The position numbers were made by a program, and so were the translations under genes. DNA of 64,000 nucleotides from positions 3,328,001 through 3,392,000 of the forward strand of contig OZ244937.1 of assembly GCA_965222075.1 (NCBI GenBank), written 5' to 3'. The notes beneath the pieces are model-generated. The model saw nothing but the letters and a program-made list of their open reading frames with translations, was not told the DNA's origin and did not search any database. Below are positions 47,442-57,361 of this stretch, piece by piece; position 1 is the first letter of the stretch; every line of letters starts with the position of its first letter. Origin of the DNA: Candidatus Latescibacterota bacterium. GTDB taxonomy: Bacteria > Latescibacterota > UBA2968 > GCA-2709665.

Positions 47442-48175
47442 CGGTAAGCGTCACCCCGGGCCGACTGCTCTTTACCTCCGGAATGACCGGCCGCAGTTCC
47501 CAGGGTCCCGTCGTCCCGGGCGGCATGGCCCCCCAGGCGCGTCGGGTCTTCGAACGGCTTCAGGCCATGCTCGAACATGCCGGAGCCGGCTTTCGCCATA
47601 CCATCAAACAGAACGTCTTCACCACCGACCCCGACGCCTACAACGCCGATGGAAGAACAATCGGCAGCGCCGCCTTTGGCGAACACCGCCCGGCATCCAC
47701 AGACCTGGTGGTCCCCTGCCTGGCCGACCCGGCCATGTGCATCGAAGTGGAACTCGTGGCCGACCTCTCCGCTCCCGTGCAGGGCAGGCCCCTCCTGGAA
47801 AAATACAGCGTGGAACCCCACGGCATAGACTACGCCCAGGGGGTCATCGTAAACGGCGGCCGCCTCATCTACACGGCAGGCCAGGTGGCCAACATCCCCA
47901 ACGGCTCGGTCGCCGGCATTGGCGACATGCAGCGGCAGGCCGAGAAAACCTACGAAAACATCGACCATGTGCTGCGCGCCGGGGGCACCACACCGGCGAA
48001 TGTTGTGAAAGAAACGATCTGGGTGCTGGACATGGAAGCCTGGCACCAACAGGGCGCGCCCGTGCGGCAGGCCTTCTACAACGGCGATTTCCCCGCAGCC
48101 ACGCTCCTGGGAATTCAAGGCCTGACGGAGCCCGAAAAATGGGTGGAAATCGAGGTGATTGCGGCAGTAGCGTAA
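47438..48175 (+). CDS. Double-domain RidA/YjgF family protein
   Basis: Two repeats of (F/Y)T(S/A)G...Q.....L..AG......K...PA.T....L......E.E..A. Confidence 0.85.
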   Translation: MTVSVTPGRLLFTSGMTGRSSQGPVVPGGMAPQARRVFERLQAMLEHAGAGFRHTIKQNVFTTDPDAYNADGRTIGSAAFGEHRPASTDLVVPCLADPAMCIEVELVADLSAPVQGRPLLEKYSVEPHGIDYAQGVIVNGGRLIYTAGQVANIPNGSVAGIGDMQRQAEKTYENIDHVLRAGGTTPANVVKETIWVLDMEAWHQQGAPVRQAFYNGDFPAATLLGIQGLTEPEKWVEIEVIAAVA

Positions 48176-48190
48176 GCGGAAGACATCCCC

Positions 48191-48523
48191 CTAATACCGG
48201 TGCACGTAGTGCCCCCGCTCCGGAAACCAGATCATATCGATCCCCGCAGAAAACGCCACGCCCAGGACATAGCCGACCAGCAGGCCCACAAACAGCGGCC
48301 TCGACTTCCGGTAAAACCCCGGCCCGCCCACCTTCAGCATCACCAGCTTGATCAACCAGGCCACAAAGATCGTAAATGCGGTCCGCCGGGCCAGATAGGA
48401 CCCCGAAATCGCCAGCCCCAGCCCCAGCAGGACCGACCGAACCGTAACCCCGGCACGCTTCTGGACGTCAACATACGCCTCTCCGGTATCTTCTGTCCGA
48501 GTCTTTTGAGCGTCAAGTGCCAC
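48191..48523 (-). pseudogene. Internally deleted DUF6785/6784 paralog
   Basis: First ~37 aa match the N-terminus and last ~70 aa match the C-terminus of the 6134-8110 protein. Confidence 0.75.
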
Positions 48524-48586
48524 AGCAATCCCTTCTCCCTGCTTCTCGTGTCGCCGCTATCATTTTCATAAAGCCGTAATTCCGCC

Positions 48587-48955
48587 CTACGCCCTCTCAA
48601 ACAACTGCAACCTCACCTCGTTGGGCCCTTCAAAGAACGCCAGTCGTATCCCGCCCACACCGGCATCAAACGGTTCTACTGCCATCTCCACCCCCTTATC
48701 CTTCAACGCCTCAGCGCCGGCGTCCACGCTATCGACCTTGAAGGAGATATGGTGGAAACCCTCTTCCGCCTGCATCGTCTTCTTCGGCATCAGTTCCAGA
48801 ATCATATCCCCGGCCTTTAAAAACACGAAATCCTCATCATCTTCATTGGGGAACCGCTCGATTACCTCCAGCCCCAGGGTCCGGGTATAGAATTCGACCG
48901 ACCCTTCAACGTCATCGGTCACCAGCGCAATTTTATGAATGCGATTGATCATCAC
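48587..48955 (-). CDS. VOC/glyoxalase family protein
   Basis: H.AL.T.D....EFY...LGL, LEL, HHISF.V, F..GP. Confidence 0.88.
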   Translation of the reverse strand: MMINRIHKIALVTDDVEGSVEFYTRTLGLEVIERFPNEDDEDFVFLKAGDMILELMPKKTMQAEEGFHHISFKVDSVDAGAEALKDKGVEMAVEPFDAGVGGIRLAFFEGPNEVRLQLFERA

Positions 48956-49034
48956 CAGCCTCCTTTATCCACTGCTTGTCTTCTACCGTTTTAAAATTCT
49001 GATACCTGTTCATCTGTGGTTCCGCCTTCCGCTT

Positions 49035-50396
49035 TTACTTAAAAACCTCCCGAATAACGTTCAAATTCTCTTCCTTCTCCGGGTCCAGCGTAAACAAAGC
49101 CCCATCGCATTTCTGTTCAACAACCGCTGAACAGAGCTGTCGAACCACCTCCGGTTCTGCCCCGGCGGAAACCGGTGGATAAAGGGGACGATTCCCGCTT
49201 GATAGCGCCTTCAACTTCCCTACCTCCCGCGAATACATCTCGACCACCGGCAGGGGCCCCTTCCGAATCTCTGCCACCGAAAGCGGCAGTCCGAAATCCT
49301 CATACCCGAACAGCCGATAGATCAACCTCAGGGCTTCCCCTTCCTCCAGGCCCTGGACGGTCCGGCACAGGGCCGGTGCCCACTCGGTCGCCAGATTGGT
49401 CACCGTGGTCGCCCAGCCGACCACGCCTCCAAACGAACTCCCGCCGGTCAGATAATCCGCTCCCCGTTCCCACTCCGAGTAGACGTGCCCACCTAAGAGC
49501 GCGATGGAAGGGGGAAACACATCGCTCCCGAACACCACTTCCGGACCGGCGGCCTCCCGCACGGCCTCCCGGAATTCCTGCATTCGCTCCGCCAGCAGCA
49601 CCGCACGAAATCGGAACCAGTCCAGGATCGTGTGATCCCCGTCAAGCCAGGACAGAAAATCCCAGAAGCTCAGACAGGCCTCTGCGGCGCCGAGCGCCTG
49701 CTCCCGGATCAGGCCGTTGAGGCGTTCGCGCACCCTCAGCAGTCCCTCTTTCATTCGGACAAAATCGTACCCCAGCCTGTCGGCCTCCCCCTGGCATGCT
49801 TCACACCCGCACGCGAACAGGCTGGACAGGTTGGCCGGCGCAGGGTACCGGGCGTGGTCCACGTCGAACCCGTCGATATCGTACCGCTCGACCACATCCA
49901 CCAGACAGTCACGCGCCCACTCATTGATCTCCCTGCGGCTGGGACACAGGCCGATTCCCCACTGCCTGTAGCGCATATCCAGCGGCCTGCCTTCAACATC
50001 CACCATCGCGTATTCCGGATATACATCGCCCCCGTAGCTCCACAGCCCAATATGTCCCCAGACCTCTATCCCTGCCTTCCGGCAGGCCTCGATCACCCGC
50101 AGCAGGGGCGTATCGTCGAACCCGCTCACGGTGCCGGCAACGGCCGGATAGATCCCCTCCTTTGCCTTCGGCCACCTGTCTTCACGCGAGCGCCAGTCCT
50201 CAAACGGCCCCCGCCGGGCAATCTCCTCCGAAGCTTGGAACCCCGATGTGTGGCAGATCGAACTCTCCGGCATAATCGTCGTAAGCCCGATCTCATCTTT
50301 GAGTTTTTTTAACGCATCCGGACGTTCGGCCACGTATTCCGTACTGCAGAACCAGATGAAACGTTGTGGATGTTCAGGCATGTATGGCCTCACCAC
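49035..50396 (-). CDS. Hypothetical TIM-barrel, glycoside hydrolase-like protein (GHL10/DUF187-like)
   Basis: LCPS......YDIDG...D..RYP, CGCE.C, W..FR. Confidence 0.55.
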   Translation of the reverse strand: MVRPYMPEHPQRFIWFCSTEYVAERPDALKKLKDEIGLTTIMPESSICHTSGFQASEEIARRGPFEDWRSREDRWPKAKEGIYPAVAGTVSGFDDTPLLRVIEACRKAGIEVWGHIGLWSYGGDVYPEYAMVDVEGRPLDMRYRQWGIGLCPSRREINEWARDCLVDVVERYDIDGFDVDHARYPAPANLSSLFACGCEACQGEADRLGYDFVRMKEGLLRVRERLNGLIREQALGAAEACLSFWDFLSWLDGDHTILDWFRFRAVLLAERMQEFREAVREAAGPEVVFGSDVFPPSIALLGGHVYSEWERGADYLTGGSSFGGVVGWATTVTNLATEWAPALCRTVQGLEEGEALRLIYRLFGYEDFGLPLSVAEIRKGPLPVVEMYSREVGKLKALSSGNRPLYPPVSAGAEPEVVRQLCSAVVEQKCDGALFTLDPEKEENLNVIREVFK

Positions 50397-50446
50397 ATCT
50401 GTACACAGGTCGTCGGGGGCCCGCAGACGTCTCTCCCCGGACCCTG

Positions 50447-51232
50447 TTATCGATATTCCGCCATCAGCCGTCTCAAATATCTGATTTCGTGTTCAGCGGT
50501 TTCATACGGCGGGTGGTGGCTTCCGTGTTCGATGGAGATATAGCCGTCAAAACCTCCGGACCTCAACACCCGGATAAAGGCGGAAAAGTCCACATCGCCT
50601 GAGTCCAGGAATGTCAGGTTGGGCCAGGCGCCGACCCAGTTGTGGGCGTGGAGGTGAACGACATGCTCCCCCAATTTTTCGGCCGTGTAGAAGACCGATT
50701 CTCCGATCAGGGGCGTCTGAAGGTTCACACTCAGGTTGTCCATCCCCACATCATTCAGCAGCCTGAGCGTGGTGGCGGTGGTATCGGTCAGGTTAGGGCC
50801 GTGGTGGATGACCTGGTGGGTTTCCAGGGGAAAAGAGACGCCGTGGGGAGCGCCCATCTCACAGATCTTTTGCAGTCCCCTCACGCAGGCATCCCACTGC
50901 TCCGGTGTGGCGTCGGCACTGCCCACGTTGCCGGTGTAGGTTCTGATGAAGGCACAACCCAACTCGACTGCATAACCAGTGAAGGTCTCCGCGTCCCGGA
51001 TGCTCTTGTCCCAGGTTTCCAAGCTTGTGGTAAAATCGAAGTAGGGACAGATCTGAACGATTTCCAGGTCGTGTTCATCGGTGATGGCTTTGACCCACCC
51101 CAAATCCGCCTCTTTCAAATACTGCTCCCATAACTCCAGCCCATCGTACCCCAGTTCGGCCAGCCTGGGAATCGCTTCCTCGATATCCTCCTGCGTATGG
51201 CCAAATGCATTCGCACAAAACGATGCCTTCAT
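50447..51232 (-). CDS. Sugar phosphate isomerase/epimerase (xylose isomerase-like TIM barrel)
   Basis: GYDGLEL, LETH, HLH, G.VDF, GFDGYISIE. Confidence 0.85.
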   Translation of the reverse strand: MKASFCANAFGHTQEDIEEAIPRLAELGYDGLELWEQYLKEADLGWVKAITDEHDLEIVQICPYFDFTTSLETWDKSIRDAETFTGYAVELGCAFIRTYTGNVGSADATPEQWDACVRGLQKICEMGAPHGVSFPLETHQVIHHGPNLTDTTATTLRLLNDVGMDNLSVNLQTPLIGESVFYTAEKLGEHVVHLHAHNWVGAWPNLTFLDSGDVDFSAFIRVLRSGGFDGYISIEHGSHHPPYETAEHEIRYLRRLMAEYR

Positions 51233-51383
51233 CGTATCCTCCCGATTCTTATCAAGCAAAGTAGAAAATCCCTGGAAAATTAACAAGCAAAAAATGACGG
51301 CCGTTCAAGCCTTCCGGTCCTGCGCAGGTCGTTGGTTATGGCCATTTGACAGGTCATATAGGCGTTTTCCTTCAAAAAAGTCC

Positions 51384-51499
51384 TTGACCGCAGAAGGCCT
51401 GTGGTGCATAATCAGGATAGCAGCAGGAGCGGGCAAGGGTATCGAAGAAAAAAAAGCGGGCTAAAAAGACCTTGACGTCCCCCCACTTTTTCTTATATT
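51384..51499 (+). promoter_or_regulatory. Two tandem sigma70-like promoters upstream of the radical SAM gene
   Basis: TTGACC-17-CATAAT (51384-51412, with TG extension) and TTGACG-16-TATATT (51472-51499). Confidence 0.5.
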
Positions 51500-51800
51500 T
51501 TCTATCACTTAAAACTGAAGATAAGTAATCGCGCATATATCTTCTGAGATAATGGAGCCTGCCTCAATGTCAAAGTCAGGTATTCCAACCCATTATTTTA
51601 CAGAAGGATAATTTAAAGAAGGGAGGTAAACCGGTACTTTATAATCTCAATGCCATAGCATCATTTGATCTGTATATTAGAAAATTTCGTTCTCCAAGAC
51701 GCTCCAGTGTATTGCGTGTGATAAGGGAGGGACTGTTGAGAACGGAGGGGAACCTATGTTCATTAATATTAATCAAGGATATTAAAAGGGAGGAGTTTCA

Positions 51801-53744
51801 ATGAGCTATCGAGACCGTCTAATCTCAACAGCTGCTGATATTGCCTGGAAAATCTTTCAAAGCGTCAACACACGTATCCCCGAAGGTCAGCCGTTTCAGC
51901 CTGCATGGGCTCCAGCGCCCCTGTTGAAAAGCTACGAACGCAGCAAGCCCCAGCTTGGGTTTCCCCGTGAGACAGACTCGCTGTGCCCCGACTGCGTCAA
52001 AGAGGTCAGAAATGCGGTCATCGAAGGCCGGCGCGACATCCGCGAACTGGTTGAAGGCCATCCCGGTGAGATCAAGATGCAGATGTTGGAGGAAAACGGG
52101 CAAATCGTCCTGCGCAAGACCTGTCCGATACACGGCATCTACGAAGACATTCAGTCGATCGATCCCGAATTCAGTCAGATCATTGAGAGCCGTTTCCCCG
52201 GCCGCGACTACCGCACCTTTGGCGACGAACACATCCACCACCACGGCACCTCCAGCATCAAGTACGGGCGTGGGGCGGTGCTCACCATCGATCTGACCAA
52301 CCGCTGCAACATGATGTGCAACCCCTGCTTTATGGACGCCAACCAGGTGGGGTATGTGCACGAATTGACCCTCGATGAGGTCAAGCGCATCCTGGATGCG
52401 TCCATCTCATTCAAACCCAGGCGGCAGATGTCGGTTCAGTTCTCCGGCGGTGAACCCACCATCTCCCCGCACTTCTTAGAAGCCTGCCAGTATGCCAAAG
52501 AGGTGGGATACTGGTGCGTGCAGGCGGCAACCAACGGGGTGCGGTTTGCCCAGGATCCCGAATTCGCGTTTGCCGCCAAGGAGGCCGGCCTGGACATGGC
52601 CTACTTGCAGTTCGACGGGGTGACCAACACGGCCAACCAGCACCGCCACATCTCCAACCTCTTCGACGCCAAGCTCCTGGCCATGGAAAGCCTCGCCAGG
52701 GCCGACATCGACATCACACCGGTCACTACGGTGTTAAACACCATCAACAACGACCAGGTGGGTCCCATCCTCCAGTTCTGCATCGACAACAGCGACAAGG
52801 TCGGCTCCATCTCCTTCCAGCCGATCTCGTTTACCGGCCGCGACGAAGACATCAGCAATGAGCTTCGCCACCAGCAGCGCTACACCATCTCCCACCTCGC
52901 CCACGACCTGGAGGAATGGTCAGGAGGGAAGCTGCAGGCCCACCGCGACTGGTATCCGCTGGGTGCGGGCATCCTGTTTACCACCCTGGCCGACCACCTG
53001 CGCGGTCCGGACATCCAGTTTGGGGGTCAGACCTGTTCCTGCCACCCCAACTGCGGCTCTGCCCTCCACATTATGGTCAACGAAAAGACGAAGGCGTGGG
53101 CGGCCATCACTGAGTTCTTCGATCAGGACCAGTTTATGAAAGACATTGAAGTGATGACCGACACTTCGCGCGACCCCAAGCTGATCAAAGTGCAGGCGGC
53201 TCTCTCCCTGCTGCGCAACTTCAATTTGAAGAAGGCACCCCCGGGGTTCAAGCTGGAAGACCTGGGGCGCATCTTCGACCGCAGAGTGGGCGGCTCCATA
53301 AGCGGGGGTGAGCGCCCGGAAGACAGGGAGTGGCGGATTATGTGGGTGGGCGGCATGTGGTTCCAGGACCTGTGGACCTACGACTTTCGCCGCACCGAGA
53401 TGTGTGTGATCCCCTATGCCACCCAGGATGGCGAGATCTCCTTTTGCGCCTACAACACCGGCATCGGCTGGCGTCAGATCATCGAGAACATACACATGAC
53501 CGCCACCACGGCCGAATGGTTCAAGACGGTTGGCCGGCATTCCATATACGCGGGTGACCGGGACATGCCCCTGCCGGATGCGCAGCACACATTGAGGGTG
53601 CGGGAGAACGAGAACGGCGAACTGGAGCTGCCCGTGGTCGATGAGCAGTCCGGCAACAGCAGCTGTGGCTGCTCCTCTACCGACACACAGGAGGAGATTA
53701 AGAAGATTGTCTCCGCGCCGGTAGAAGAGGGCACCATCGCGTAG
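51801..53744 (+). CDS. Radical SAM enzyme, Tes/GDGT-MAS (MJ0619/MptM-annotated) family homolog
   Basis: SLCPDC...KTCPIHG N-terminal metal site; TNRCNMMCNPC; QFSGGEPT; ATNG; YLQFDG; FQPISFTGR; HPNCG; M.FQD...D..R...C.I.YAT.....FC.YN. Confidence 0.85.
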   Translation: MSYRDRLISTAADIAWKIFQSVNTRIPEGQPFQPAWAPAPLLKSYERSKPQLGFPRETDSLCPDCVKEVRNAVIEGRRDIRELVEGHPGEIKMQMLEENGQIVLRKTCPIHGIYEDIQSIDPEFSQIIESRFPGRDYRTFGDEHIHHHGTSSIKYGRGAVLTIDLTNRCNMMCNPCFMDANQVGYVHELTLDEVKRILDASISFKPRRQMSVQFSGGEPTISPHFLEACQYAKEVGYWCVQAATNGVRFAQDPEFAFAAKEAGLDMAYLQFDGVTNTANQHRHISNLFDAKLLAMESLARADIDITPVTTVLNTINNDQVGPILQFCIDNSDKVGSISFQPISFTGRDEDISNELRHQQRYTISHLAHDLEEWSGGKLQAHRDWYPLGAGILFTTLADHLRGPDIQFGGQTCSCHPNCGSALHIMVNEKTKAWAAITEFFDQDQFMKDIEVMTDTSRDPKLIKVQAALSLLRNFNLKKAPPGFKLEDLGRIFDRRVGGSISGGERPEDREWRIMWVGGMWFQDLWTYDFRRTEMCVIPYATQDGEISFCAYNTGIGWRQIIENIHMTATTAEWFKTVGRHSIYAGDRDMPLPDAQHTLRVRENENGELELPVVDEQSGNSSCGCSSTDTQEEIKKIVSAPVEEGTIA

Positions 53745-53767
53745 CCGAACCGGGGCCGCCGAGATTT

Positions 53768-53806
53768 AGCATCCGGGTGTGTGAAACCATCCGGATGCTT
53801 TTTTTT
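53768..53806 (+). terminator. Intrinsic terminator
   Basis: AGCATCCGG/CCGGATGCT stem followed by a T8 run. Confidence 0.85.
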
Positions 53807-53886
53807 CCCTCTTCTCTTTCTACTTTTACATAACCTCTAAAAAGGGCGTTGTCAAGCCAAAACCGGGCGCTGCTTCCAGCTTGCCA

Positions 53887-53915
53887 TTGACAAATTACCT
53901 GCAATTATGTATCAT
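53887..53915 (+). promoter_or_regulatory. Sigma70 promoter of the tig operon
   Basis: TTGACA - 17 bp - TATCAT. Confidence 0.75.
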
Positions 53916-53974
53916 TCCATTTCAGGTCAGCAAAAGCGTCGTATATGTTTTAGCCGAAAGGAACGCCGGGGTTG

Positions 53975-55261
53975 ATGAAGGTCCAGACGACAGAATCCGG
54001 GACCTGGCGCCGGACGCTGGAAGTTGAGGTTCCCGCAGAGGCCGTGGAAGAACGGTTTCAGGCGGCCTATAAAACTTACAGCAAATCGTTAAACCTGCCG
54101 GGCTTTCGGAAGGGCAGGGTTCCGGTCAACATCGTCAAAGCGCGCTTTGGCAAAGCCATCCAGGGTGAAGTCCTGCAGAACCTCCTGGAGGAATTCTACC
54201 GGGAGGCCAGCAAGGCCGAAGGCCTGCATCCCGTCTCCGAAGCCACCATCGAAGAGGTGGACTACGACGAAGGCAAGCCCCTCACGTTCAAGGCCTCGGT
54301 GGACATCAGGCCGGAATTCGCGGTCAAAAACTACAAGGGTCTCAGAGTCACCCGTCCTGTCTTCAAGGTGGAAGAGGCCCACATTGAGGAACAGCTCCAC
54401 TTTCTCCAGAACCAGAACGCTACAGAACAGGTGGTAGACCGGCCCGCTGCCCTTGGAGACGTCCTGGTCGCAGACCTCCAGGAGCTCGATGTATCAGGCC
54501 TCCCCATCATCGGCAGGAGGCAGGAAGACCGGACCTTCCTGATCGGCGGGCCCAACGCGACCAGTCACGACCTGGACAACCAGCTCGTCGGAGTATCTGC
54601 CGGAGAAGAGCGGCACGTGCGGCTCGTCCACGCGGAGGACCACACCAACCCGGGTCTGGCCGAACAGGAAGTCCGCTTCCAGGTCACCGCCAAAGAGGTC
54701 CGGGAACGCAACCTGCCCGAACTCGACGACGAATTTGCCAAAGACATCGGAGACTTTGAATCCTTGGACGGCCTCAAAACGCGCATCCGCGATGACCTCC
54801 AGGCCCGGGCCGACTACACCTCCCGAAGGCGCCTGGATGAAAACATCATCGACGCCCTCATCCGACAGAACGACTTCGAAATCCCCGACAGCATGGTGGA
54901 AAACTACCTGAACGCCCTGGTCGAAACCTACGAAAAAGAACACGCCGGACACGACCACGACATCGACACCGACGCCGTCCGGCGGGAAAACCGGGAGGGC
55001 GCCCTCCGGAGCGTCAAGCGGTATCTCCTCTTAGAAGGAGTTGCCAAACAGGAGGACATCAAAGTCACCGAGGGTGACACGGAGAAGCACCTCGAAGGCC
55101 TCTCGGAGCGCCACAACGTCGAGGGCCCCCGGCTGCGGCAGATTCTCAGCCGCTCGGGTCAACTCGAACGGATGGAATCCGAACTCCTCGAGCAGAAGAC
55201 CCTCGGCTTCCTCATCGAACAGGGCAAAATTGAAGACGTTGAGGAAGCCGTCGAAGCGTAA
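53975..55261 (+). CDS. tig: Trigger factor
   Basis: PGFRKG.VP ribosome-binding motif; LPELDDEFA; synteny with clpP and clpX. Confidence 0.95.
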   Translation: MKVQTTESGTWRRTLEVEVPAEAVEERFQAAYKTYSKSLNLPGFRKGRVPVNIVKARFGKAIQGEVLQNLLEEFYREASKAEGLHPVSEATIEEVDYDEGKPLTFKASVDIRPEFAVKNYKGLRVTRPVFKVEEAHIEEQLHFLQNQNATEQVVDRPAALGDVLVADLQELDVSGLPIIGRRQEDRTFLIGGPNATSHDLDNQLVGVSAGEERHVRLVHAEDHTNPGLAEQEVRFQVTAKEVRERNLPELDDEFAKDIGDFESLDGLKTRIRDDLQARADYTSRRRLDENIIDALIRQNDFEIPDSMVENYLNALVETYEKEHAGHDHDIDTDAVRRENREGALRSVKRYLLLEGVAKQEDIKVTEGDTEKHLEGLSERHNVEGPRLRQILSRSGQLERMESELLEQKTLGFLIEQGKIEDVEEAVEA

Positions 55262-55357
55262 CCATCGTTCGCCGTTCGTGAATCGTCGTTTGTACCTCGT
55301 GGTTTGCCTTATACGAGCGACAAGCGGCGATCACCATACTCTGGAGCGTAAAATACT

Positions 55358-55972
55358 ATGGCACTTGTACCAATGGTAGTAGAGCAAACCGGCCGCGGCG
55401 AACGGGCCTACGATATCTTCTCGCGCCTCTTGAAAGACAACATCATCTTTATCGGATTTCCCATCAACGACACCATCGCCAACCTCGTCATCGCGCAAAT
55501 GCTTTTTTGTCATACCGAAACCCCCGACAAGTCCATTAGCCTCTACATCAACTCCCCCGGGGGCAGCATCACCGCCGGGCTGGCCATCTACGACACCATG
55601 CAGTATGTCCCCAACGAAGTGGAAACCGTCTGTTTGGGACAGGCCTTTAGCATGGCGGCAGTACTCCTCGCGGGAGGCACCAAGGGCCAGCGGCGGGCCC
55701 TGCCCAACTCCCGCATCCTGCTGCATCAGCCCATGGGCGGAGCAGGCGGGCAGGCCTCCGATGTGGAACGTCACGCCAAAGAGATCCTGCAGTGGCGCGA
55801 TAAAATCAACGAGATCCTGGCCGAACGAACCGGACAGCCCCTGGATAGAATTGCCAAAGACACAGATCGCGACTTCTTTATGTCCGCCGAAGAGTCCAAA
55901 GCATACGGCCTGATCGACGAAGTCTTTACCTCCGACAAAGGGGAATCCGAAATTCCCGACGACGACACGTAG
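55358..55972 (+). CDS. clpP: ATP-dependent Clp protease proteolytic subunit
   Basis: [28 protein letters not shown]. Confidence 0.97.
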   Translation: MALVPMVVEQTGRGERAYDIFSRLLKDNIIFIGFPINDTIANLVIAQMLFCHTETPDKSISLYINSPGGSITAGLAIYDTMQYVPNEVETVCLGQAFSMAAVLLAGGTKGQRRALPNSRILLHQPMGGAGGQASDVERHAKEILQWRDKINEILAERTGQPLDRIAKDTDRDFFMSAEESKAYGLIDEVFTSDKGESEIPDDDT

Positions 55973-56008
55973 GGGCGCGGTGCCCGCAACAACAAAACGG
56001 ATATTCCG

Positions 56009-57256
56009 ATGAAAAGACGATCTTCCCGTACAGACCTCAGGTGCTCCTTCTGCGGAAAAAGCCCGGACCACGATCAGGTCGACAAGATCATCAACGGACC
56101 CAACGTGCAAATCTGCAGCGACTGCGTCAGGCTCTGCAACGAGGTCCTCCTCGAAGACGCCAAGCAGAAACCCGTATCCTTCCAAAAGAACCTGCCCAAA
56201 CCCACTGAAATCAAGACCCGCCTGGACGACTACGTCATCGGGCAGGAGGCGGCCAAGCGCACGCTCTCGGTGGCGGTCTACAATCACTACAAGCGCATCC
56301 GCTCCAAGGTCGCCACAGACGACGTGGAACTCGACAAGAGCAACATCCTTCTCCTCGGCCCCACCGGGACCGGAAAGACCCTCCTGGCCCAGACCCTGGC
56401 GCGCATCCTGCAGGTCCCCTTCTCCATTGCCGATGCCACCATCCTCACCGAGGCCGGCTACGTGGGAGAAGACGTGGAAAACATCCTGGTCCGGCTGCTC
56501 CAGGCGGCCGACTACGACGTGGCGCAGGCCGAAATGGGCATCCTCTACTTAGACGAGATCGACAAGGTCTCCCGAAAATCCGCCAACCCGTCCATCACCC
56601 GAGACGTATCGGGCGAGGGGGTGCAGCAGGCCCTGCTGAAAATCCTGGAAGGCACCACGGCCAGCATCCCCCCCAAAGGGGGGCGAAAGCACCCCGAGCA
56701 GCCTCTGGTCCAGATCAACACCAAAAACATCCTCTTCATCTGCGGCGGGGCCTTCAACGGCCTGGAAGACACCATCAGCGCCCGCATCGGCCGAAAAACC
56801 ATTGGCTTTGGATCGCAGACAGAAAAGGGCAAAAAACGGAACACCGGTGAACTCTTTGCCGAGACCGAACCGGAGGACCTCATCAAATACGGCCTGATCC
56901 CCGAACTGGTCGGGCGCCTCCCCGTAAGCTGCGCCCTCGATGACCTGGACGAAGATGTCCTCTTACGCATCCTCACCGAGCCGAAAAATGCCATCACCAA
57001 ACAGTACCGGAAACTCTTTGAAATGGACGGCGTCGACCTGACCTTTGAAGCGGAGGCGCTCCGGCGGGTCGTGGACCTGACCACAAAAAAAGGCACGGGC
57101 GCCCGGGGGCTCCGGTCCGTCCTGGAAGATATCATGATCGACCTGATGTACGATATCCCCTCCAACTCCGACCTGAAAGAGGTCGTTGTAACCGAAGAGA
57201 CGATCCTGAATCGGGTCAGCCCCCGGCTTCAGATCCAAAAGGTGAAAAGCGCCTAG
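56009..57256 (+). CDS. clpX: ATP-dependent Clp protease ATP-binding subunit
   Basis: CSFCGK zinc finger, [29 protein letters not shown] loop. Confidence 0.98.
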   Translation: MKRRSSRTDLRCSFCGKSPDHDQVDKIINGPNVQICSDCVRLCNEVLLEDAKQKPVSFQKNLPKPTEIKTRLDDYVIGQEAAKRTLSVAVYNHYKRIRSKVATDDVELDKSNILLLGPTGTGKTLLAQTLARILQVPFSIADATILTEAGYVGEDVENILVRLLQAADYDVAQAEMGILYLDEIDKVSRKSANPSITRDVSGEGVQQALLKILEGTTASIPPKGGRKHPEQPLVQINTKNILFICGGAFNGLEDTISARIGRKTIGFGSQTEKGKKRNTGELFAETEPEDLIKYGLIPELVGRLPVSCALDDLDEDVLLRILTEPKNAITKQYRKLFEMDGVDLTFEAEALRRVVDLTTKKGTGARGLRSVLEDIMIDLMYDIPSNSDLKEVVVTEETILNRVSPRLQIQKVKSA

Positions 57257-57291
57257 CAGGGAAAATCCCTGCTTCGCCCCAAAACATTGGC

Positions 57292-57321
57292 AACCGGGGT
57301 CGGTGGAAACGCCCCGGTTTT
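57292..57321 (+). terminator. Hairpin/terminator after clpX
   Basis: AACCGGGG/CCCCGGTT stem plus a short T run. Confidence 0.5.
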
Positions 57322-57361
57322 CCTGTGTCTGTCCTGAGAATGCGTCATACCGACTTTGAAA

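Noticed and set aside
51552-51611. RiPP precursor for the radical SAM enzyme
   Set aside because: The enzyme matches the lipid-acting Tes family rather than a SPASM/RRE peptide maturase; no transporter or protease is adjacent and the RBS is weak
51620-51660. c-di-GMP-I riboswitch suggested by GGTAAACC
   Set aside because: Lacks the following GNRA-capped stem and second hairpin
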